From Cetorhinus maximus (lineage: Eukaryota): DNA of 64,000 nt. The notes below the pieces were generated by a model. The model did no database searches. It saw only the letters and a program-made list of their open reading frames with translations, and was not told the DNA's origin. Of this stretch, positions 38,396 through 50,453 are shown piece by piece; the first letter of the stretch is position 1, and each line of letters begins with the position of its first letter. A program made the translations under genes and the position numbers. The stretch is taken from assembly GCF_964194155.1 (NCBI RefSeq), contig NC_135891.1:93868001-93932000 (forward strand), in the 5' to 3' direction.

Positions 38396-38472
38396 CTTCT
38401 TTAATATCTGCGGAGTTGCAAACATTGTGCGATCATCAGCAAACATCTGCACTTCTGACCTTATCATAGAGG
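38396..38472 (-). repeat. 77-bp local copy of 37408-37484
   Basis: 74 of 77 positions identical by eye, offset 988 bp. Confidence 0.9.
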
Positions 38473-38611
38473 CAGAATTGTACATTCTGCATCGCTTTGG
38501 GTATATGCAAGAGATGTAATCAGGGTTTGGTTCATCAATCAGGTTAATATTTTTACATTACTATGTGTATGCAACGTCTATGGAGATTATATAAATAATG
38601 GGCTTGTTTAA

Positions 38612-38985
38612 ATGGCACCATGGGCTAGACACTTGCCTTTCATTTGGGTTCCATCCCGCCCAGAATAGTTGGAAGAAAGTCCCATCAGCCTGCTGGTTGT
38701 AGGGAGCTTATGTGGAATGAATATAAACAATTTCAATGCAGTTGATCATAGACACACAGGGTGGCTGGTGTGGGAAATGGAAATTGTGAAACACTGGCTC
38801 CATATTGCTCCTCTGAGGTTAAGGCTGAGGCATGTTATTGGGGCAGAGGAGAAGGTGCTTTTCTATGCATCAGGCTGCGCTGTACTGGACTTGAGAATGC
38901 TTGACACTGATACTGAGTGCTTGAAATGGGAAGGGGTTAATTCCCCTACACTGACATTCTGCATCCTAATGAAAGGAAAAAATAG
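38612..38985 (+). mobile_element. Probable SINE resembling LF-SINE
   Basis: tRNA-like start (ttgcctttca..gggttccatcccgcccag..gaaagtc..cttatgtggaatga) and a 3' block ctctgaggttaaggctgaggcatgttattggggcag..gctgcgctgtactgg. Both resemble my recollection of the LF-SINE consensus. Confidence 0.4.
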
Positions 38986-39114
38986 AAGATTGTAGGAATG
39001 TGTCAGCATTTGCAGATGTTTGTGGGATTGAGTCACCCTTGGTCGAGGGATGCAGAACTGGCCTCAGAATTTCACAAGAGAATGTGGGAGTGTGGCAGTA
39101 TTTACAGAGGATGG

Positions 39115-41700
39115 TATGCATTTATATAGTGCCTTAAGTTAGAAAGAAATTCTGATAGCACTTCATAGAGGTATGGTGGCATAGCGGCTATGTTGCTGAA
39201 CTAATTACCCAGAGCAATGAGTTCAAATCCTAGCATGTTACTTGGGGAACTTAAATTCAGTTAATCAAATAAATCAGGAATTTAAAAGCTAGTGGTGACT
39301 GTAAAACTATTGGATTGTTGTACAAACCCATTTGCTCCACTCATGCCCAGGAGGGAAAGGAAACTGTCACCCTTACCTGGTCTGGCCTACATGTGACTTC
39401 AGATTCACAGCAAATATGGTTGACTCTTAACTGCCCTCTGAAATAGCCTAACAAACCACTAAGTGTACAGGGATGGGGAATAAGTGCTAGTCTTGCCAGT
39501 GATGTTCACATCCTTTGAATGAGCAAAGAAAAGGGATAAATTAGGAGGGGTGATCAAAGGCTTAGTTAAAAATATGGCTTTTATGGAGAAGAGGGTGGAG
39601 CCTAGCCAGAGAGGTTTAAGGAGGGAAGTCCAGAGAGTAGAGTCTAACTGGCTGAAGGCACAGTTGCCAATGTTAAGGAGAAGGGAGGGATGCACAAGAG
39701 GTTGGAGCCAAAGGAGCAGAGGATGTTTCAGGGTTAGACTAGCATACAAAGAGTGAGGTTTTGGAAGGATTTAACATGTTGTGGACCCGGCAGCCAAAGT
39801 AGGTTAGTGAGCCTGAGTGGGGCTAGGTGGAGGGAAATATTTGAGCAGTATTTCTGACTAACTGTAGCTTGTGCAGGGTAAGGATGGAAGGCTGGCAGCA
39901 GGAGGGTTTGAGTATTCAAGCCTGGAGATGATGAAGACAAGTATAAGGGTTTCAGCAGTGAATGAGCTGAGTTATGGACGGAGATGGGAGATGTTAAAGA
40001 GGTGGAAGTGGGAGGTTTTTGTTATGGAGGGAATGTGGATTTGGAAGTTCAGCTGAGGGTCCCATGGGATGATGGCTTTGGTCTTAATGTTTAGTAGTAG
40101 GTGGTTATGGCTTATCCAGGACTGAGCATTGGATAAACAGTCCAACACCTTAGAGGCAACAAAGGGGTTGCAAGAGTAAATGGAGGATGAGACCTGGTAT
40201 CATTTGTAGCCATGTCTGACTCTTTTTTGTAGATTGTGTCACCAAGGGGCACCGTGTAGGCAATGTTTTGAACAGGAGCCCCATGTGGTGCAGGGCTGGC
40301 TAGAGAACAAAGATTTTAAGAGAAAAGTAAGAGGGTTGGAATAGGGCAAGTTGCTGAAGAACAAAAAGGTGTTAGAGTCAGGAGTAAGGACAAAGTTTGA
40401 TTTGGTGATAAGAATCATATTGTAATTACAGCACGACAGGTGGGAGGAAGTAGAGTCTGGCAGGGAGGCTTCACTGAGGAAAGGTGTCATCAACCATAAA
40501 CCAAGTTTCAGGCAATGTTGCATTGTCAATATGATCAACAACAATAAGTTTATGGATGGCGAGGACCATGTACATGAATAAGTGGGTATTCTGGAGATTA
40601 ATATGGAGGCAGTTGATGATTGTAGTTCCCTTTTGCAGAAATCAGGATGATCATGAGAGGAAGAGTGAGCAGGATGAGAAGAAATTGGTAAGGTTAGACC
40701 TTCATAACTATTTGGTTGGAAAGTTGACAAGACTAGAGGTTTGGCTAATTTTGGTTGCTGATTATGGCGGAGGCAGACACCATAATAGACTTGGTAGATG
40801 GTGCTGAGAGAGATGCAAAGGGTAGCTATGAGCTTAGTAATAGGGAGATCAAGCCTGAGACTGTGGCAGGAGAGGAGGTAGATAGAGCAGGAATGAAGGA
40901 TGGGCCAAGTAGGTTTGATGTAGGAGAGGAGGGAGATATAAAGTTGTCAGATGAGGAGAAATGGAGGAGAGAGGACTGGAGAGGAGAGGAGAGCTCAAGG
41001 AGACCCTGAGAAGAAAGAGAATAATAGTAGGGGGATCAGGTCCAGAGAGGCAACCAAGGTGCAAATGCAGAGCGGACATAGGTGAGACAAGACTTACGTA
41101 ACATGTTGAATGCTGTGATGTAAACATCTGAAAGGTTAGAGGTGGAGGATTGATAAGCAGTGGTGGATAAAGACTAGTTGTAGATGGTATTAAAGGGTGT
41201 CAGAGTAATCAACCAGTCAGTGAGCAAAGACAGCTAATGCACAATAAAGGTAAAGGTGGACCAAGAAACCAATGGAGACACCAGATGGTGAATGGAGACA
41301 CTGGCAGCAGCTGAAATTAGGAATACCCCGTGGAGTTATAGGTGACTGGAGAGGAGTGGAGATCAGATCAGGCTCCAACAGAGATTGATCCAGGGGTCCA
41401 GCAGAGTGGATTCCAGTAAGGCAGGTAGATCCAGACACAGTGAATATTGGGGACCTGTGAAGGTAAGTGGGTGATATCAGGTACAGATATACAGATGAGG
41501 AATAAACAGGAGCAGCCAACAGTGAGGAAAACATGTCAAGAGATAACCCAGAAAAAGTTTTCTCCCAGAGGAACAGAGAGGGCAGTTGAGACCATTGAAC
41601 AATGAGGAACAGTATATGAAGGACATTTGTGGACAAATTGAAAGCAGGGGAAATGTCAGTCCAGAGAAACCGGAATAATATAGCGGAGAAGTGAAGATAG
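39115..41700 (-). mobile_element. Old L2 LINE, internally deleted, with a SINE inserted at 39170-39525
   Basis: L2 tail tgcatttatatagtgcc at about 39117 and L2 3' RT region at 39530-39960. An APE remnant (ETW..DDT..SEASLPD) lies at about 40450-40515. Purine-rich, 5'UTR-like sequence runs to 41700 and may resume at 52933-53260. Confidence 0.6.
39170..39525 (+). mobile_element. Full-length tRNA-headed bipartite SINE
   Basis: Head ggtggcatagcggcta..gagttcaaatcc and a body as in 5238-5555, then directly gggatggggaataagtgctagtcttgccagtgatgttcacatcc (the LINE tail). Confidence 0.8.
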
Positions 41701-42454
41701 GTCACAGCAATATCTTTGCAGAACAGAAAAGAGACAGTGTGACACATGAAAAGCTAAGTGACCAACTAACTATTTTATTCCAGTTTGATTATTTAAGTAT
41801 ATGCACATACATATGCAAATGGCCATGAGGCCACTAATATTACCTATTAGACTCCTCCCATCTTAATGAGAAAGTATACAATGTTCACATTCCTTGCAAC
41901 TTATATACATTTTTTGTTCATCATTTATTTACAAATCCAATTTAACCTCGCACTACTGGGCCTAAGTCTAAGGAGTCATTGTCTTTAAGAAAGACTGATC
42001 TTGACCTCGACCTTCAATTAAATTTTCCACTTCATCACACATCTCTGTCTGACTCTGGCCGGGATTTTTCATGCGCTCTGGCGTTGGGTGTGGTCAATGG
42101 TGTGAGCAGACAATATGGAGAGAAGGCCAAAAATCAGTTTCACGACCATAAAACCAGTTTGGGATTGTCCGCTCCACCTGCCAATGGCGGGCCGCGGTTC
42201 CTGCCATCAGACATCGGGAACCTCATTGTAATACATCAGCACATCATTATAAGGCCAGTCCACTGGAATCATCCCCCAGCCGTTGGATCATCTGCCCACG
42301 TTAGCGTGATTGCACGCCGATGTGTTTCACAACAGCATATAAAAGGCGTGCATTTGGCAGGCTGCATTTTGAGGGGAACTCGGAGCAAGTACACACTAAC
42401 GTTGTGGATTGCTCGTCCGGGTCACCTATTGGATTTCAAGGTTGATGCGCATTG

Positions 42455-42620
42455 GTGGTGGTGGGGGGGCAAGGGCTGCCCTGCGGCTGAGGCGCTTTGG
42501 GGGGGGGCAGTGGTAAGGGCTGCCTTGTAGCTGAGGCATCTTGGCTGGGGGGAAAGGGCTGCCCTACAGTTGAGGCCACTTGGGAGGGGGGGTGGGAGAA
42601 AGGCTGCCCTGTGGTTAAAG
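42455..42620 (+). repeat. G-rich tandem repeat (4 units of about 35-45 bp) in the Harbinger 5' region
   Basis: Repeated G6-9 runs followed by aagggctgccct..gctgagg. Confidence 0.7.
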
Positions 42621-42823
42621 GTAGCGCACAAGCACATGGGGGTTGGGTGGGGGGCTGGGTATGGGCGAGGGAAGTGGCCACGCACCAGGGAAACCTTGTA
42701 TGAAGCGACCACTCCTCTGCAGCTGAGACAGTTCAGATGCAGCCACATTGATATGATTGGAAACAAAAATAAAAATACCTGGAAAAACTCAGCAGGTCTG
42801 GCAGCATCTACAGAGAAGAACAC

Positions 42824-42862
42824 ATTTAACGTTTCGAGTCCGTATGACTCTTCAACAGAACT
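42824..42862 (-). ncRNA. Hammerhead-like motif (variant core CUGUUGA), left arm
   Basis: Minus strand: AGTT-CTGTTGA-A-GAGTC-ATACG-GACTC-GAAAC-GTT-AAAT. Confidence 0.55.
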
Positions 42863-44572
42863 AAGTAAAAATAGAAAAGAGGTGAAATATAAGCTTGTTT
42901 AAGGGGGGGTGGGACAGGTAGAGCTGGATAGAGGGTCAGTGATAGGTGGAGATTGCCAAAAGATGTCATAGACAAAAGGACAAAGAGGTGTTGAAGGTGG
43001 TGATATTATCTAAGGAATGTGCTAATTAAGGGTAGAAAGCAGGATGAGCAAGGTACAGATAGCCCTAGTGGGGGTGGGGTGGGGTGAAGGGATCGAAATA
43101 GGCTAAAAGGTAGAGATAAAACAATGGATGGAAATACATTTAAAAATAATGGAAACAGATGGGAAAAGAAAAATCTATATAAATTATTGGGGAAAAAAAA
43201 GAAAAAACAAGGGGGGGATCAGAAAAGGGGTGGGGATGGAGGGGAGAGTGCATGATCTAAAATTGTTGAACTCAATATTCAGTCTGGAAGGCTGTAAAGT
43301 GCCTAGTTGGAAGATGAGGTGCTGTTCCTCCAGTTTGCGTTGAGCTTCACTGGGACAATGCAGCAGGCCAAGGACGGACATGTGGGCATGAGAGCAGGGT
43401 GGAGTGTTGAAATGGCAAGCGACAGGGAGGTCTGAGTAATGCTTGCGGACAGACCGAAGGTGTTCAGCAAAGCAGTCACCCAGTCTGCGTTTGGTCTCTC
43501 CAATGTAGAGGAAACCGCATTGGGAGCAGCGAATGCAGTAGACTAAATTGAGGGAAGTGCAAGTGAAATGCTGCTTCACTTGAAAGGAGTGTTTGGGCCC
43601 TTGGACGATGAGGAGAGGAGAAGTAAAGATGTTCCCTCCGCCATTTCCGCCAACTCCAGTATGATGCCACCACCAAACACATCTTCCCTTCACCCACCCT
43701 GGCGGCATTCCGCAGGGATCGTCCCCTCCGGGACACCCTGGTCCACTCCTCCATCACCCCCTACACCTCAACCCCTCCCACGGCACCTTCCCATGCAACT
43801 GCAGAAGGTGTAACACCTGCCCCTTTACTTCTCCTCTCCTCATCGTCCAAGGGCCCAAACACTTCTTTCAAGTGAAGCAGTATTTCACTTGCACTTCCCT
43901 CAATTTAGTCTACTGCATTCGTTGCTCCCAATGCGGTTTCCCCTACATTGGAGAGACCAAACGCAGACTGGGTGACCACTTTGCAGAACACCTTCGGTCT
44001 GTCCGCAAGCATTACCCAGACCTCCCTGTCGCTTGCTATTTCAACACTCCACCCTGCTCTCATGCCCACATGTCCGTCCTTGACCTGCTGCATTGTTCCA
44101 GTGAAGCTCAACGCAAACTGGAGGAACAGCACCTCATCTTCCGACTAGGCACTTTACAGCCTTCCGGACTGAATATTGAGTTCAACAATTTTAGATCATG
44201 AACTCTCCCCTCCATCCCCACCACCTTTCCGATCCCCCCTCTTTTTTTTCCAATAATTTATATAGATTTTTCTTTTCCCACCTATTTCCATTATTTTTAA
44301 ATGTATTTCCATCCATTGTTTTATCTCTACCTTTTAGCCTATTTCGATTCCTTCACCCCACCCCACCCCCACTAGGGCTATCTGTACCTTGCTTGTTCTG
44401 CTTTCTACCCTTAATTAGCACATTCCTTAGATAATATCAACACCTCTTTGTCCTTTTGACTATGACATCTTTTGGTTATCTCCACCTATATCACTGGCCC
44501 TCTATCCAGCTCCACTTGTCCCACCCCCCCCTTTAAACCAGCTTATATTTCACCTCTCTTCTATTTTTACTT

Positions 44573-44611
44573 AGTTCTGTTGAAGAGTCATACGGACTCG
44601 AAAAGTTGACT
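44573..44611 (+). ncRNA. Hammerhead-like motif (variant core CUGUUGA), right arm
   Basis: AGTT-CTGTTGA-A-GAGTC-ATACG-GACTC-GAAAA-GTT-GACT. Confidence 0.5.
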
Positions 44612-45267
44612 GTGTTCCTCTCCGCAGATGCTGCCAGACCTGCTGAGTTTTTCCAGGTATTTTTATTTTTGTTTTGGATTTCCAGCATCCGCAGTTTTTT
44701 GCTTTTATCTTGATATGGTTGGAGTTGGGCCTCTAGCTTTTCTGCCCACTCAAGCAACGCAGAGGCATGAAAGTGCCACCAAGTGCCCAGAGCTTTTCAC
44801 CCCTCGGGCACAGAGCCAAAGAGCATTTTAGTGGACTGCAGAACAGTTGGATGACTGAGCATGTTGTACAATCTCCTTGCTAAAGCTGGCCATGGAGCAG
44901 TCACTGGTGGAGGTGCTCACAGCCCCTTGCAATATCATCATCCCAGTTTGGATCAGTCTCCCCCATGGATCAAGCTAACAGTGCAGCCTTGCAGTGTGGG
45001 TTAGGAGAATGCCTGTGCCTGAGCTGAGAGCACAGCACGCAGTCCAGTGGGCAAAGCTGCCGCCAATCTGTTGGGTGGAGTGAGGCGGAGGTGAGTGGGG
45101 TTTTGGACAGCCATGAAGCGCACTAATCTCTGGCCATCTAAGTGGTGGCCAGCCCTCTCCGGGATGCGTTAAGGGGCCTTCAGACTTAACCAAGAGAGGT
45201 TCTGAATGCACCCATGCTAACCCCCGTGTCTCTCTCATTCACCCTGCAGGGGGAGCACATCAGGATC

Positions 45268-46516
45268 ATGGAGCCTGGTGACCTAGCTGTATGCCTCGTG
45301 GCTTACAGAGAGTGAAGATGATGGAGAAGAGAGCGACTAAAGCGCCTGGCTGCACAGAGGCGGCAGCAGCACCCTCTGGAGAGAAGGGCAGCTGGGGCTC
45401 CCACACACGCCACCAAAGAGCCACTGTGAGCTGTTGCTCATCAGCACCTAGGTAGACCCAGGATCTATAGACACCGCCTTTCATTCCTGCAGATGAGCGA
45501 GAACCAGTGTTGCCAAAGACCGTGCATGTCTAGGGAACTGGTCGGTCACATTGCCAGCTACTGCAGGATTTGACGCCACGGGGATATGGAGGGCATCCAC
45601 TGCCAGTGGCCATGAAAGTGACAGTAGCGTTCAATTTTTAGGCCAGTGGCTCCTTTCAGGGCTCCACAGGTGACTTCTGAGGGATATCACAAGAAACCAC
45701 CCACAAATGCATCCATGAGGTCACAGATGCCATCTTCGTAAGGACACACAAATTTGTACATTTCGCCCGGGGCCAAGAGAGCCAGGATGCAAAGTGATTG
45801 GATTTGCCCAGATCTCGGGTTTCCCACAGGTGCAGGGCGCCATCGACTGCACTCACGTGGTGTTCAGATCTCCATGGCAACAAGTGGTCAACTATGTCAA
45901 CCACAAGGGCTTCCATTTGCTGGATGTGCAGCTGGTGTGTGACCACCACAAATGCATCCTGCTGGTCTGTGCACGGTTTCCAGGGAGTGTCCATGACTCT
46001 TACACTCTCAGTTGGTCACAGATCCCCAATGTCTTCCAGGGTGCACAGAAGTTGCAGGGATGGCTCCTCAGGAACAAGGGCTACCAATGGAGGACGTGGT
46101 TGATGACACCCGTGTGGCGATCTCAGACTGCAGCAGAGTGAAGGTATAGCGAGGCTCATGCTGCAACTCGTAACTTGGTGGAACAGACCATCGGGATGCT
46201 GAAAATGAGGTTCCGGTGCCTGGACCAGTCTGGTGGAGCCCTGCAATATAGTCCACAGAGGGTGTCATGCAACATAGTTGCCTGCTGAACCTTTTACAAT
46301 CTGGCGCTGCAACGCGGAGAGGAGCTGGCTGAGGAGGAGCTGGAGGAGCTGGAGGTCTCCTCCCATGAGGAGGATGTTGATGGGGATGAGAGTGAGAAGG
46401 TCTTCGAAGGCGGCGATGATGGGGATGAGGCCCTTGCACTAACCAGACGAGCCAAGTGTACTCAGGAGGCCTTTGTAGCCGATAGATTTGTGGAGGACGA
46501 TGACGACATGCAGTGA
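45268..46516 (+). pseudogene. Harbinger (HARBI1-like, DDE_Tnp_4) transposase, disrupted
   Basis: Motifs ASGSFQ, GFPQVQGAIDCTHV, YVNHKGFH.L.VQLVCD, RFPGSVHDS, GWLL.NKGY (GDKGY), WLMTP and VEQTIGMLKMRFRCL. ATG at 45268, several in-frame stops and frameshifts. Confidence 0.93.
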
Positions 46517-46696
46517 GGAGACATCATAGATCCTCGCATTGCATATATGAACGTTTTGACTTCTGCCTGGCTCATGGCAACATGCATACCCTCTGTGATA
46601 ATGCTACTGTCTTGGAGACATAGTGGAGGCCCTAATAATCGCTTGATTGGAGGAGGATGGTGATGACATGCAGTGAAGACACTCCATAGATCTTAT

Positions 46697-48232
46697 ATAG
46701 AAAATAGAAGCAGGAGTAGGTCATTTGGCCCGTTGAGCCTGCTCCGCCATTCATTATGATTATAGCTGATCCTCTATCTCAACGCCCGCGCTCTCCCCAT
46801 ACCCCTTGATGCCTTTAGAGTCTAGAAATCTATCTATTTCCTTCTTAAATATATTCAGTGACTTGGCCTCCACAGCTTTCTGTGATAAAGAATTCCATCG
46901 GTTCACCATCCTTTGAGTGAAGAGGTTTCTCCTCATCTCATTCCTAAATGGTCTACCCTGTATGCTAAGATTGTGACCCCTTGTTCTAGGCCACCCAGCC
47001 AGTGGAAACATCATCACTGCACCCAGTCTGTCCAACTTTGTCAGAATTTTATATGTTTCAATGAGACCCCCTCTCATTCTTCTAAATTCCAGTGAATACA
47101 GGGCCTAGTTGGCCCAATCTCACCTCATATGACAATCCTGCTATCCCAGGAATCAATCTTTTGTGAACCTTCGCTGCACTCCCTCTATGGCAAGTATATC
47201 CTTTCTTAGGTAAGGAGACCAAAACTGCACAGAATACTCCAAGTGTGGTCTCACCAAGGCCCTGTATAACTGCGCTAAGATATCCTTGCTCCTGTACTCA
47301 AGTCCTCTCACATTGAAGGCCAACATACCATTTGCCTTCCTAACTGCTTGCTGCACCTGCATGCTTGCTTTCAGTGATTGGTGTACAAGGACACCGAGGT
47401 CCCTTTGTACATCAACGTTTCCAAATCTATCGCCATTTAAATAATAATCTGTCATTCTGTTTTTCCTACCAAAGTGGATAACTTCACACTTATCCATGTT
47501 ATACTGTATCTGCCATGTATTTTCCTACTCACTCAACTTGTCTAAATCGCCTTAAAGCCTCTTAACATCCTCCTTACCACTCATATTTCCACCTAGTTTT
47601 GTGTTGTCAGCAAACTTGGAAATATTACATATGGCTCCCTCATCCGAGTCATTGATATATATTGTGAATGGTTGGGTCCGAAGCACTGACCTCTACAGTG
47701 CCTCACTAGTCACCTTCTGTCACTCTGAAAAAGACCCATTTATTCCTACTCTCTGTTTCCTGTCTGCTAACCAATTCTCAATCTATGCCAAAATATTACC
47801 CCCAGTCCCATGTGCTTTAATTTTGCATACTAATCTCTTATGTGAGAATTTAGAAAAAGCTTTCTGGAAATCCAAATACATCACATCCGTTGGTTCGCCC
47901 TTATCTATTCTGCTAGTTAAGTCCTCAAAAAACTCCAGTAGGTTTGTTAAACATGATTCCCCTTTCATAAATCCATGTTGACTTTGTCTAATCCTGTTGA
48001 TATTATCCAAGTGTCCTGTTATCACATTCTTTATTAAAGACTCTAACATTTTCCCTACTACTGATGTTAGGCTAACCGGCCTGTAATTTCCTGCTTTTTG
48101 TCTCCCTCTTTTTTTAAATAGTGAGGTTACATTTGCCACTCTCCAATCTGCTAGGACTGTTCCAGAATCTACAGAATTTTGGAAGATGACAACCAGCACA
48201 TCCATTATTTCCATGGCCACCTCCTTTAGTAT
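46697..48232 (-). mobile_element. CR1 LINE, 5'-truncated, nested in the Harbinger
   Basis: ORFs 47783-48238 (GNYRPVSLTSVVGK..QHGFMKGESCLTNL..YLDFQKAF), 47153-47497 (RPHLEYSVQFWSP) and 46760-47077 (TRGH..FTQR.VN.WNSL). Confidence 0.95.
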
Positions 48233-48767
48233 TTTCATCTTGCCTCTGAGAATGTCTGACTCCTCTCTGGCTGAGGACAGCTTGCTTGTGCTCTGTGATC
48301 CGGGTCATATCATAGAGATGCAGCCATAAAACTTTAAAAACATCTGATACTTTGTCTGCCTTCAGCACCTGGCCCTTTTAGGAGCAGAGTATCACTGGTC
48401 ACAAATGCTGAAGAGATGGGGGCCAGCCCCACCGTAAAGGCGCTGAGAGCACAAAGAGAGAATATGGTACTCTGATGCCTGCCCACAACATTCTGGCAGC
48501 AATGACAAGCACCATCGAGGTGTAGGCATCAATAATGTGTCCAGGGAGTGTGAGGCTGGACCATCACTTTGGTCTGAAGGCCACACAGAGCACAGGGAAG
48601 AAGCCCTGGACTGAGACACCTGCCTTTATCTTGTGCAAGAACATCTGAGTGACAAGAACACTGCTTATCAGAATAAGGAGCCATAGGCAGAGAGACATTC
48701 TTGGGAGTTTATTGACAATAGCGAATAATATGTACAAGTGATTAACACCCGTGCCCAGGCTGTGCAA

Positions 48768-50453
48768 CTACAGCTTTTTAACTTTCCTAACCCTGCCGCT
48801 ATGTCTTGGTGCTCCCCGGCCATCCACAGTGGAGGTTGAGGCAGCCTGCTGACTGCTACACCCTGTCTGCGCTGACCTTTGAGGGCGTCCTCTGGAGGGC
48901 CAAGACCTGGAGGGCCCTGGCCTGCTTTAGGGGTCCTACTATGTAGCAGTGGTACCCTTCTCGGCCAATGGAGTTGGAGCTGCTGAGGTCACAGGCAGAG
49001 GGGATTTCGACTGGCCAGATGCTCCCGGAGTCACCTGGATGGATGGCTCCGGGGATACACCTGGTGATCCTCCTCCCTATGGGTGCTCAAGGTTGACTCC
49101 TTGAGGAGAATGGATAGCTGGAGTGATGGCGAGCTGCCCCGCACCCCTCTTGCGTACACGCTGTTGGAGGCCAACTATGGCGTCAGCAATGGAGTTGAGC
49201 CTGCACAGCAGTGCAGGAGTGACGTCCTGGATCAAGGTCTCCATGGCGGCCGCCATCCTACCAGTGTTGGCCTTGGTGCATTGTCATGCCGGTGCTATCA
49301 GCTCAGCCTGAAGGTGAATGGACTCCTCCATTGTGCCTTGCAATCTGAGGAGTGCAGCGGACATCCCTTCCTGATGCTCCCGAACTTGCCTTTGCAGCTC
49401 CAGCAACTGTGACATGACCGAGTCCAGAGGCTCATTGTCTGACTAGGACTTAGCAAATTTCTGGCCTCCAGCAGTCCTCCATGTGATGGACACCTGGAAA
49501 GTCCCTGCTGCTGCCTACTGTGGATCAGACAGTGTGATGTGCTCATCAGGTGGTGATCCCGAGGCTAGTGTAAAGCTAGGTCCCACCAAGGTGTGCGTGG
49601 AGGGTGTGGGTGAGCGCTGTGACAGGACTTCAAGGAGGGTGGCCCAGGTTCCTCTTCTTAGGTTTCTTCGGGGCTTGATTGGAGGACTTGGGTCGTGGAT
49701 TCCCTCGGCTGTTTGGCAGATGTGCCTGCGAAAGCAAGGAGAGATAATTAGTGCATGGCAGTGGCCTGTGAAAGAGGACACATCACTCACAGCATGGTTG
49801 TCTGATGGATGTTGCACTGCTGGATCCTCACTTGGTAGAGCACCACCGACCTCACCATCAGCACAGGAAGAGTCCAGATCATTGCCGGCCAGCTGGATGA
49901 CTCTGTTTTCAAAGTCCGTGAGCACCTTGATTTCAGGCATCCCTTCACCGGTCTGGGACCTCTCCCTCTTGTTGTGTGCCAGCTTGGCCTGCATGAATAG
50001 AGATGAAGTGTAAGCAGGACGCCTGCCAGGCCAAATTATAAGTATGCCTGGCATGTGTGGGTGGTGAGTAGTCTCACGGATGGGATGAGGACAATGAAGC
50101 TGTGTGAGAGTGAATGGTGATGTCACTTGAAGCAGCAGTGAGGGAGGGTCCTGTGGATGTGTAATAGGTTTATGAGTGTGTGAGTCGAGAGTGATGAGAA
50201 GAGTGACTTACTCTAGCAGAACAGAAGAGATCATTCATCCTCTTGCAGCGCTGGGGGGCTGTCCTCTTTTGAAGGGTGTTGGCACTGACCACTGCTGCCA
50301 CTGCCTCCCAAGCTGGGTTGGTCACTCCACTGCCCATCCGGCAGACAAAGCGGGGTACAGGACATCGCGGTGGGCCTCCACATCATCCAAAAGGTGTTCC
50401 AGTGATGCATCACTAAACCTGGGGGCTGCAGTCTTTTTCCCTTTCATGAACAT
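48768..50453 (-). pseudogene. Harbinger second gene: Myb/SANT-like DNA-binding protein, 3 exons, disrupted
   Basis: Exon 1, 50453-50212: MFMKGKKTAAPRFSDASLEHLLDDVEAHRDVLYP..AWEAVAAVVSA...RTAPQ..KRMNDL, then gtaagt. Exon 2, 49988-49832: cag, AKLAHNKRERSQTGEG.PEIKVLTDFE, then gtgag. Exon 3 runs from 49725 to a stop at about 48768. Confidence 0.8.

Larger units (their letters stand above)
42762..44709. mobile_element. Fold-back (inverted) Penelope insertion
   Basis: The left arm 42762-43628 (minus) is the inverted copy of 43823 to about 44674 (plus), with a 194-bp spacer. Both arms encode GIY-YIG (ORFs 43184-43708 minus and 43872-44201 plus). 14-bp TSD ttgatatgattgga (42748-61) / ttgatatggttgga (44710-23). 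Confidence 0.93.

Noticed and set aside
41217-42902. Long ORFs (41217-41747, 41979-42530, 42422-42823)
   Set aside because: They cross element boundaries or low-complexity, G-rich sequence and show no protein motifs.
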